The position numbers and the translations under genes were made by a program. The notes under the pieces were generated by a model. It searched no databases and was not told where the DNA came from. It was given only the letters and a program-made list of their open reading frames with translations. Shown piece after piece: positions 22,535 through 33,092 of a DNA stretch of 64,000 nt (position 1 is the stretch's first letter; each line of letters opens with the position of its first letter). This DNA comes from Amphiscolops sp. MND2022 (lineage: Eukaryota). The stretch is taken from assembly GCA_964187785.1 (NCBI GenBank), contig OZ076411.1, forward strand, positions 54,312,001-54,376,000, given 5' to 3'.

Positions 22535-24208
22535 TGTCAGGGTTAATGCAGCCTCAAGCTCATTAATCTCTAAAATAGCAAACTTTACTCTTTCTTCATG
22601 TATATTTGTGGTTGAAATTGTGATTTATAACTTTTAGTTGAAAACGAAATTTTGAGTTCATACAAGCTGGTTGGGCCGAAGTAGGTCGAAGGCACGGGAT
22701 CGAAAATCAGAGTTAGTCCTCAGGTCGACATATCAACTTTTTGAATGGGATCGAAACAACTCGGATAGAAATTTTAATAACGTAGTCAGATATGTTCACA
22801 TACCCGTAGTGCCCTGAATGCAGGAGCGAAGCGAAGCGAAGCGGTGCCATATGGCCATGCCTCAATGTTGCTACTTGGCGAATGGAGCGAAGCGACCGAG
22901 CCATACAATAAATACGATAAAATTCGACCGCATTCCATTCGATCCCTGCCATTCGATCAAAAGGTTCGACCTCTGTCCTTTCGACCAGAAAAATTCGACC
23001 TATTTACAGCCATCCATACAAGCTCACTGTGACAACGCGCTGAATGCTATCTTTGTTTGATTGACCTTTCCCAACCCCATTCATTCCCGTTGCTTCTGCT
23101 GAATACATGTTTCACGTTGCCTATTTGTTGTATAGACCGAATTGAACAAGGTGTTTTGCCAATGCATACAACATATTTGTTAGCCAATAAGCGTGCAGTT
23201 ACATAACTCCAATTGCATCATACTGTGTCATTTGTGAACTGTCTTGAACTGCAAAAACATGCAAAACGCAATAATCTTTTAGTTTAATAAAGCTTTAAAA
23301 CTTCAACTCAGTTTTGTTCGAGTCTCTTCAGCAGAAATCATGATCTTACTTCCTGATAGTGGTCAGGTGGTCCGCCATTCAAGAACCAAGGGCGAGACTA
23401 CTTCGCAAGATACAAACGAAGCATTCTCGCAAACAACAGAGGGACATCGGCGCGAACAGACATTGTCAACATGAAACTATTTATTAAGTTTATCACAAGA
23501 ATTAGGCTTGAGCAGGGAAAAGTCGAAACGAAATTCTAGAAAAATAGATTGTAAGTGAATATCCTCGAATGTGGGCATGTCACGACCAAGTTTGTTTCGA
23601 GGTCATTGTTAGGCGAGTTGTATACGCCAAACATAGTACGATTAATGAGAATACGAATTAACCGGATGATGTTACTTTGAAACAATTATTGCAATGGTTG
23701 GCATTAATTGGCAAATGAAAACAGTTGTCAATGCATAAATTCAGACAAAATTGATGAAAGTTTGCCCGAAATTAATGAACCCAAAGAGTCATTCAGTAGC
23801 GTTGACGACTTTGTTGACGAGACTCAGGTCCCACAGTCTCTTGTTCGACATCAGAAACAGCTGTTTGCTCTTTGCTTCCCAGAATCATCCGACATTGTCG
23901 CATATATTAATTTGAATAACTTTCAAAATGATTCCCCAAAAAAGTGGAAAGATTTATCGAATTCGTTTGCAGCCCACGAGTTGTTCAATTTGAAACAACA
24001 TCAAGTGAAATATTCTTGAAGAAATATGTTTTTGTACTTTGTATATTTATAAAGCTTGAAAGCGCTCTTCACCTTATGTTACTTTGGTCGTCGCGAAATC
24101 GGGGCTCCAGATACATACGAATTGAAACGAAGATCCGAATTATCCCGATGCGAATTAACCGGAGTTAACTGCAACTATTTTTTGCATCGAATGAACGTTT
24201 CAGAAGTG

Positions 24209-25809
24209 ATGTGTTCTGGGGGTTTCATATTCGAGTACCAAGCAGTCATTCTGGCTGGCGGGAAAGGTAATAAAATTAGAGATTTGGCTGATCATTGCCC
24301 CAAGTGTTTACTTCCAGTGGCTAACAAACCACTGCTGTTTTACCCCTTAAATTTAACTTTGTCTTTCGGCTTCAGTGAAATTGTTGTAATTGTCCAAGAC
24401 TCCGAGCATCGTCAGGTAGAAGATTACATTCGACAAGAGTTTCCCAATTGGAAGTCTTCAGGTATCAAATTGGTAGAAGTAAGTCCGAATGATGACCTTG
24501 GTTCCTTGGAAGTAATTGTTGACCATAGAAAAAGCATTCTTTCGGATAGCTGCCGTGATCTTTTTGTTTTATCGTGCGATGTTATCACTGATGTTAATTT
24601 ACAAAACTTCGCTAATATTCACCGTGGGAGTGATTCAATATTGACATGCGTACTCGCTGACGGATCCGCTAAAATAGGAAAACTGCAGAGTGTTGGACCC
24701 AAGCGGAAACACAAGAGAAATATTGGTGATGTTGTTGGAGTTGAAACAGAAGGTAATCGATTAGTACTCTATCACCCTCTGGAAAACGTAGAAGAGAAAA
24801 TCACTGTTCCTAGTCTTGCATCAGCGGAAGGAATCTTCCAAATACTTCCCAAAACTTTAGACCCTCACATATACATTTTGTCTAGAGAAATTGTTGATTT
24901 CATCGCTGACCAACCCAAACTCCGAGAGAATATAACTCGAATCAAGTCCGAATTGATACCTTACCTAGTGAAACGAAGCATTCTCAAAAAAGTGGACAAA
25001 ACTGCAATCAGGGGACAATCAGACGGAGACCAAAAGGTGAGACTGTTTGGATTCTCTAATATATCCGGTATTATATGAAACAGTAATTTTTTCATTATTT
25101 CACACCATAGTCGCGATTTTTTTCAGTTCAAATATTCAAATATTTTCCTGTAGTTGCAATATGCAAACATTCAATAAAGTAGCCACTTTCTCGATACTCA
25201 TTTGAGTCGATTGCGAACTTTTTGAATACAGTTTTTTGTCATTTCGAAACAGTAAGTGTATAAGAAGCAAGTCGAAAAAAATCACTGTTTGATGTTCAGG
25301 ATGTGATGTCTCGACCAGTCAGATATCTCATGTCAACTGAAGACCAGTTTGTGTGGCGAGCGGATTCCTTAATCAATTATTTCGAAGCTAACAAGGCTGT
25401 TACCGAATCCATAATAGCGAATAGCACTTTCTCTAATGCCACCTTTTCCTCTTGCAAGGTGAAACCCAAAAGAGTAGCCTCTAATATTGTTGGAGAGAAC
25501 ACCTGTTTTGCTGATAAATCTGACGACGCCGCGACGGGTAAAGGAGGTAGGAAAAAGTTGACCATTGAAAAGTCCGTTTTTGGTAATAATTGCACGGTGG
25601 GGAAATCAGCTGTCATCAGCAATTGTGTCATTTTTGATAATGTGAAAATCGGAGATGGCTGCAAATTGACAAACTGTGTGCTGGCTTCATCCTGTACCAT
25701 CGGAGACAATTGTGATCTTTCCAGTGTCGTGGTAGCTGCGAAGGAAGACGTCGCTTCCAAAACAAAATTGTCAAACGAAACGATCAAACAAACTGCTAAT
25801 TTTCAATGA
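24209..25809 (+). CDS. EIF2B3: Translation initiation factor eIF-2B subunit gamma; exons 24209-25036 and 25300-25809 (~445 aa)
   Basis: EYQAVILAGGKG...PKCLLPVANKPLLFYPL nucleotidyltransferase-like N-terminus and C-terminal hexapeptide beta-helix (SVFGNNCTVG...CVIFDNVKIGDGC). Phase-0 GT-AG intron 25037-25299. The start could alternatively be the ATG at 24191. Confidence 0.9.
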
Positions 25810-26290
25810 ATGAAATTTTAATCTTGTAATCAATGTTCACGGGATGGGCTTGAAGATTTGAAAAATACTTTCTCACTATTTCTTTTCGAATTCAGCTTCA
25901 GCTAAAAAGACTTTTTATTCTTGTACGTCAAATTTGAACTTTTACTACCGCATTTCCACGGACTGTTTATTCGAGAAATAACCGCCCACATGTAAAATTT
26001 TTATGGCCATGATAGAATTGCGAGCGATTCTCATCTCGCAATCATCTGTCGAAATTGTTCAACCTTTTCAATGGAAGTACTTTTAGTATACTTTTAACTA
26101 TGCACCAAAAATGTTTAAAAGGTCGCCCCATCACCCCCACCCCCTATGCCCTGTTTCGCATGGTAGACTTGGAATTATTTTCAAGAGTATTGGTTATTTC
26201 AGAGTGAATGGAAAACCTAAAGTCGCTGCACAATAGTCTTTTGCGCTGTCATCACAGTTGAATCATCGACAAGTGCTCACATAATACGCA

Positions 26291-27887
26291 ATGGGCTTCT
26301 CAGGGTTCCGAGGTTCTTCCTGGGACCCGAAGCTGCTCATCTCGCAGATGGTGAGTCTACAGAGCATCTACTACAGCACTCTGGGTCTACTGGTGTATTG
26401 CACGTGCCTGCTCTTCCCGAACCACGGCCTCACTCTGCAGCACATCCTTTCATACGACTCTATCAGCGTGTCCTCCCCCTCCGGACGCATCAACGCCAGT
26501 CTCTTCGTCATTAATTCCTTTATCATGTCTGTCGCTATTTGGCAGCTAGTTGGTAAGATACTCTATTCTACCTTCATTTATATGCCACGTTTTATCGAAT
26601 CATGGTTGTCTTTCTTCAACAAGAACCTTTTAATGCCCTACGGCAGTTCATTTCGCATACTGCATTCAATGCAAGTCTTGTTTGACCCCAGAAATGGTTT
26701 TTAGAATGATATTTTGATTACGTTTTTGTATTTATTAATATAATAACAGGAAATTGCCAATGACTTAAAAGGCGTCTAAAGCCTGATATAAACTCTCCAC
26801 TTTTCGTTACAGATTGTTTTTTTCAACTCTGAGAATTTTTTTTTCAGTTTTCGAATTGGCCAAAGGAAACTCGCTTTTGAACTAGGTAGAGCTAGTGTTT
26901 TCTAGGTAGAAGTAAATTATGCACAGACTTCTCGTGCACTCTGGTGTTCTACCATTGGCTGCTTTCGTGGCTTCTGCCCTCTCAGTACTGTGGCTTCCCC
27001 TCTGGCTGGATGTGGTATACTCTGCATGGCGTGTGTGCCCTCATGACCACAGTGCTCGCCGAGTATCTCTGCATCCGAACGGAGCTCAAGGCCAGTGGTG
27101 TCCACGTCGATCATTACATTAAACGAATTCATCATTTTTCTAGCAATCGGTAGAATTCTTGTCCTCATATTGGTTGAAAAAAATTTCTTTCGGAAAATGT
27201 TGCACAGTGCCGAAAAATGTAAAAGGGGGGACACTTTTTGATTTATAAACACGCATTCTGTAGCAAAATAACAAAAAACTCAAAGGGGGGACCCTTTGGG
27301 GACATTAAAAAAATTTCGAAAAAAAGTCTCAGCGCCGAAAAAAAATCGAAAGGGGGGGGGGACTTTAGTCCCGTCCGGGCTTGTATGTAACGTTTAAAAA
27401 GTAAATGAATGCGCTCCCCGTTTGCCTTTAGCGGTCCAGTAGTTTAGTACTTATTTAGTAGTTGAACGTTAATTTTAACGTTCGTCACTTCGAGTCTGTC
27501 TTAAATAAAAAAAAACGAGTGACTGTAATAGTCGGGCTCTTTTCTTAAGAAAAGCGCCGACTAAAAACGGATTGGTGCCGAGATTTTCAAGAATTCAGTA
27601 AAAGAACGGTAGAACTTTGAAAGATTGATCAATTTTTGAACCGTTTGAAACTGGTTCTGAGACTGTGGGGAAATCTTGGTAAAAATGCATTGATCTCATT
27701 TTTCCTTCGATTTTTTTTCAAACCTATGTTAGACCATTAGTTGAAGCTAGATCAAAGTTGGACATCACTGCTCCAGGCTGTGCCAATCTCCAATTCGGTA
27801 TCTACGTCACAAACGTCCACCAACTCCACTCGGGCTGCGGGGACATCTTCCTGTTCTTCTCAGAATGTCGGCGAAAGCGAAGTTTAA
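26291..27887 (+). CDS. SYS1: Golgi trafficking protein SYS1; exons 26291-26552, 26906-27090 and probably 27777-27887
   Basis: FRGSSWDPKLLISQMVSLQSIYY, GRSKLCTDFSCTL, LAEYLCIRTELK-AVPI match SYS1 family motifs. Intron 1 is GT-AG; intron 2 requires a GC donor. Confidence 0.88.
27190..27567 (-). mobile_element. Helentron-associated (HINE/DINE-1-like) non-autonomous repeat, partial copy in SYS1 intron 2
   Basis: Shares gggggacccttt and tgccgaaaaa modules, and the terminal tagtcgggctcttttcttaagaaaagcgccgactaaaaa hairpin, with the copies at 32.5-38.2 kb. Confidence 0.6.
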
Positions 27888-29540
27888 CCTCAAATGTTGA
27901 ATAATTTATTTAGCTATACATCATTTTAGTACTATTTTATTTCTTAAATCGTTTTTCTTTAAATTACTTTATAAATCATTTGCAATACAAGATCGAATTT
28001 GGGGAAATCTTTGTTTCTGTCAAGTCGGTGTCTTTTGACATGAAAATTTTATATAGAGTTCTAGTTCACTCCTAATTTAACATACTTAGCTTATATGATA
28101 TCTTATAACATTTCACGGCTCGTTGCATATCTTAACTCTGTGGTATCTAGAAATTAAAAGGACTCTTGATACCAATTGAAAGTTAGAACAGCTGAAATAG
28201 CTGCTGGTAATTCATTTGGCGTATAAGACAGTAGCACTGCTTCTATATATCAAAGCGTCATTTACCCTTGTTTCAATTGCTTGAGCTTTTCACATGTTTT
28301 TGAAGGTTGCCAACCACTTACTATATTTTTCTAAAACTCTTAAGAACGTTCACGCGGAAGTTTGTTAGTTCGATTTTTATAAGGCTGTCTGAAAATATCA
28401 AAATTTTGATGTTTTGCGGGGTTGAACATGCGTTAGTTCTACTCGAACACGCAGCTGAGACGTCATCAAATTCACTACCATTTCTATGCAAAATGATGTT
28501 AGTCACGTCATGAACTTGAAGCTAGCGTGCTAATTAAGAAGTGCTGATTACATCAGAGGAGAAGTGCGCCGAATAAGAAGAAAGGTGAAAAAGCCGGAAG
28601 GTAACATCCGTGCTACAGGGTCGGCCTTCTTCAAACCATCCGCTGGACCAGCAGTGGAACGTCGCTTAAAAAAACAGTAGTTATCCACGGTGATACATGT
28701 AATGACTGCCTGCTGCCTATAACACCCTATTGTGTAATACACACAGTGTAGGACGTTGAAAATTTGCAAAACGACATTCATATTTGTTTTCCAAAATCAG
28801 TCTGTTATAACAAACTTGATTCCAATTGGCTAATTCCAAAAATTAAACATGCAATTTTAACAAAATAGAAATTCAAAATTAGCATGCGCTATTATCATGC
28901 TACTGGAGAGGAGGAATGAATGAAAATGCTGTTTCGCACAGCAGCGCGAACTTTCAATCTTCATTACCAGCGGCATGCGAGCAGTGGTCTGCTGAGGGAT
29001 TACCAAAATTGAATGTCGATTTGGGAATTTTGAATGTCTGTTTAGAAAATTTAATCTTTCATCTGATTGGTTCGGGACTTTTGAATGTCGTTTTGCAAAT
29101 TTTCAGCGTCCTACACTGTAATAATCACACGTAAGCAGACACCGCGAAAATCTGATAGAAGCAGAAAATAGCATATTTAGCATAATTGGCCAATCACAGT
29201 AGAGCATATTTTGTCGGCGTATTGTGATGAAATCGGTAGCATAATCAGGCGGAAACTCCGTCGGCCAATAAAATTAGACTAATCGCAAGAGAAATTATGT
29301 AATTTTCACACTTTGAAAAATAAGCTTTTTTGCTATTTCAACAGAGAATTTTTGGGAAATATGAATATCGTTCGATGAATTCAATTCTTCAAAAACATCG
29401 TTTTGTATTCTTTTTGGTGATTACCAGAAATTAGCAGATTCTGTAAAAACGAGCAGCATAAATTAGAGTTTAAGGCAGCATAAATTCGCGGTGTCTGCAC
29501 GTAAGCATTTCCGCAAACGGTGCTGTAAGCAAATAAAATA

Positions 29541-31313
29541 CAGTGTTTGTCTAATAAACTAAAGTGTAGCATAACAGCAATCGTTCATAACTCTCGTTAA
29601 TCCAGCCAGGCTCAAACTTACTTGGTTACACGAGTGCGCTTTAGAAAATAGACAAAGAATTGTAAAAGCAAATATGCCGGTTTCATGACATTTCGTCCTA
29701 TACACTTTCAACCTATGCAATTTCAACCGTTGCCATTTCAACCGCTCACAATTTCAACCTTTTGGATTTTCAACTGTCCGCAATTTTGAGCTAAACTAAT
29801 TTTGACTATTTAGTCTTAATTCGGCTGAGCTATTATTCCATACAGTAATTACAAATGAATCAACCAGCCTTAATTAATGGTAATTATTCACGAAGAAGCC
29901 AAAACTACCGGTCGAAATTGCGGACGGTTGAAAATGCAATTGGTTGAAACTGTGAGCGGTTGAAATGGCAACGGTTGAAATTGTGAGCGGTTTAAATGGC
30001 AACGGTTCAAATTGCATAGGTTGAAATTGCATAGGATGAAATGTCCTGACACCAACAAACTTACTTGGTTACACGAGTGGGCTTTAGAAAATAGACAAAC
30101 AATTGTAAAAGCAAATATGCCGGTTTCATGACATTTCGTCTTATACACTTTCAACCTATGCAATTTCAACCGTTGCCATTTCAACCGCTCACAATTTCAA
30201 CCTTTTGGGTTTTCAACCGTCCGCAATTTCGACCTATATTTTGGATAACGGATCCTAATTAGTTACATAATTAGTTTGGTGGGTTTAACTTTCATATATT
30301 TTTAAATTCAAATGTGCTAATTTTTACACCACTTTTGATACGTTTTGGCTTCTTCATGAATAATTTCCAAAAATTACGGCTGTTTGATTCATCAGTTATT
30401 ATTGTACTGAAATAATAACTCAACCGAATTAACACTAAATAGCCAAAATTAGTTTAGGTCGAAATTGCGGACGGTTGAAAATGCAATAGGTCGAAATTGT
30501 GAGCGGTTGAAATAGCAACGGTTGAAATTGCATAGGTTGTGATTGCATTGGATGAAATGTCCTGACACCCAATATGCCACCAGAGACGGTCTTCCAAGAT
30601 CGAGTGCGCCTATTTGCTGCACATAAAAGAGGCGAAGATGCTATTCTTCTAGCACGGCAAATGGAGATCAAAGACGGAACTGCCAAAGACGGGTTCAAGA
30701 AAAGCCATTATCGCTGGCGAAGTTATCGACTTACCTCATGGGGGACCTCACAATACCAAAGTAACCGAAGACATGAGGAAAGCTGTTGAATACAATTCAG
30801 AGAATTGTACTTCGAGTCTGAGAGAAATCAACATGAAGTTGCAGCAGAGATTACCCGAAGCACCTAAAGTGAGTCTGAAAACTATTGAAAGAATACTAGA
30901 CGGGCTGTTCTACACCTTGAAAAAAGTCACAATTTTGCCTTTCGAACGAAATTGTCAAAGTGTCAAAGATTTACGCCGAGAATATGCTGAATGATTTCTG
31001 AAAGATAGAACGTTAGTTGAAAATCATGTTTTCCTTGACGAAACAGGTTTCAATGTCTCAACTGGGAGTGGTACATCACACTAAAAATATTCTGAAACGA
31101 GGAGAAATTGCTTTAAACGTAATAACTCCTGAAAAGTGTATGCAATTGTATAACCATTCTTTTCATTTTCGGTATAAATGCCTCACTGATATGTAACTCT
31201 TGTTTGGCGTTATGTATGTGATTATTGAATGTCCATTTTGGAATTTCATTCTTTCACCTTATTCGCTATTCAATTTAGAATGGCGTTATGCTACACTTGA
31301 AAGACAAACACTG
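29541..31313 (+). mobile_element. Tc1/IS630-like DNA transposon remnant
   Basis: TA-flanked TIRs (cagtgtttgtct...aagtgtagcataac). Broken transposase 30574-31060 with HTH region and VFLDETGFN (first catalytic D). Confidence 0.85.
29679..30569. mobile_element. Two tandem MULE-like MITEs (29679-30053 and 30122-30569) nested in the Tc1 element
   Basis: Long TIRs (ggtttcatgacatttcgtcc / ggatgaaatgtcctgacacc) with TTCAACC subterminal arrays; 9-bp TSD aaatatgcc/caatatgcc around the second copy. Confidence 0.8.
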
Positions 31314-32554
31314 TAGTAACTACTGTTTCTTTGCTTAATGCACATTGGGGATATGCTTTCATGGAATTGATAAGTGACCAATAGGGTGTTTTTGATTTCA
31401 CCAAAGGGTCCCCAGCTTCAATTTTTTGAAATTATGCAACAGAATAGATGCCGAAAAATCGCAAAGGGTCCCCCTTTTTTCACATTTTTCGGCACTGTTC
31501 AAAATTCTCATTTTTCGTTTTTTAATTTTTTTGCAACAGGAAGGATGTTAAAATTCTCGAGTTTTTGAGGAGGATGCAGAGGTTCGAAAACAAGCGCTCC
31601 TGAACTTTGAGCGTTATATCCGAAGTAATTTGCGTTTTACTGAGGAGCCGTGGGATCAGAAGAAGCGCTGGCATTTGTCGCAGCACCCTATATCCGAACT
31701 TCTGAAGCGTTTTCCGAGCACTAAAGGCACCCTTTGGGTGTCTCGAGACTGTTGTGAGCAGAAATTTGAGGCTAACAGCGCCGCTATAGCGTTAGCGAGG
31801 GTGTACAGTGGAAACTAGCGTAATACATATTTAGCGACCGCTTAGCAATGGGTTTTCCTATGGGTCAATTATGTAAACGCGTTATTTTGCATCAAACATT
31901 TCATATCTTATAAATTGTCGCTACAAAACTGATTCCTATCAAAATTGCACATTATTAAATATAATGTGAATTGAACTTTTCACCAAGGATTTTAATTAGC
32001 GATTAGCAACTGTCAGTTAGTGAAGTTATCGATTAGCGATATGTAATTAGCGCTAGCTAGTGATTAGCGAAAAAATAGCGAGTCAAATCTCGGTTAGTGA
32101 GTTAGTTTATGAAAACGTCCTTAGCATATTTTTTGCGCTTTATGAGTCTTGGGTATAGCGCCGACTTTGGCCGTTCCCGGCTTGTTGACGCTTCAAAGTT
32201 TTGATGTTTTTGGGCATTCTTGTAGAGCTAAATATTTTTGATTTTAATAGCAATAGATGAAGTTGCATAGATGGAAACTGCATTGTAGTCTTAGAATTGA
32301 AGTTTTCTGAATTTTCCAGTTGTTTCAAAAGAGTACCCTGCATGCAGGCCTGCAGCATGTTAAAAGTTTCGACAGTACCGACTTTGAGACCGACAATAGA
32401 CTTGAGTATTTATTCATAGCAAAAATTCATTTTAAAATACAAAATGGAGGGACGCCTCATCGAATATTTCTTCCCTGAGATGATTAACACGAAAATAATC
32501 TGCGTACTATATCGACCGCATCCCTTGTGGAACAATTAGCCATTGTTCAAAATA

Positions 32555-33092
32555 AACATGCCGGGAACGGCCAAAGTCGGCGCTATCTCTAAGGCTCAAA
32601 ATTGTAAAAGGGAGACCTTTTCATTCTTTGGGCCTTTTGAAACTCCAGTTGGTTTCAAAATATGGAAAAATATTGAAGGGGGACACTTTGAAGACATTGA
32701 AAAATTCAAAAAAAAATAAAAATGAGATTTTTGAACAGACACAGTGCCGAAAAATGTAAAAGGGAGCCCTTTGGGATTTTTTGACATCTATTCTGTTGCA
32801 AAATATCGAAACAAATGAAGGGGACCTTTTGGTGCAATCCAAAAAATTTCCTAAAAAAGTCTCAATGCTGAAAAAACACCTAGAAGATAAGCCAACGGGG
32901 GATCCTAAGTATGTTTTCGAATTTCTGGACGTCGATTTTGTTTCTTTTTGTTTTGGCCAGATTCTGAGGTTTCGAGTGTGTTGAACTTCCGTAGTTCAAG
33001 TTGTTGAACAAATGAACAAAAAGTGCACCTTATGCGGCTAAACTACCCACTGTACGAGTCGGGCACTTTTCTTCAAAAGCGCCGACTAAAAA
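32555..33092 (-). mobile_element. HINE/DINE-1-like repeat family copy (others at ~34397-35118, ~35208-35966 in opposite orientation, ~37549-38206; fragments at ~31380-31540 and ~32155-32190)
   Basis: Asymmetric ends. One end has subTIR agtcggcgc with a nearby partial inverted copy next to a T-run. The other has gcgccgact plus a short stem-loop (gccgttcccggc). No TSD evident. Confidence 0.65.

Larger units (their letters stand above)
19014..24075. repeat. A-B-A-B-A tandem array, period ~2333 bp
   Basis: A (~400 bp) at 19014-19411, 21346-21744 and 23680-24075. B (~1930 bp) at 19412-21345 and 21745-23679. ORFs recur at 19041/21374/23708. Confidence 0.95.

Noticed and set aside
19014-24075. Repeat A as an LTR
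   Set aside because: No TG...CA ends, PBS, PPT or retroviral ORFs; A overlaps the JmjC stop codon and behaves as part of a tandem unit.
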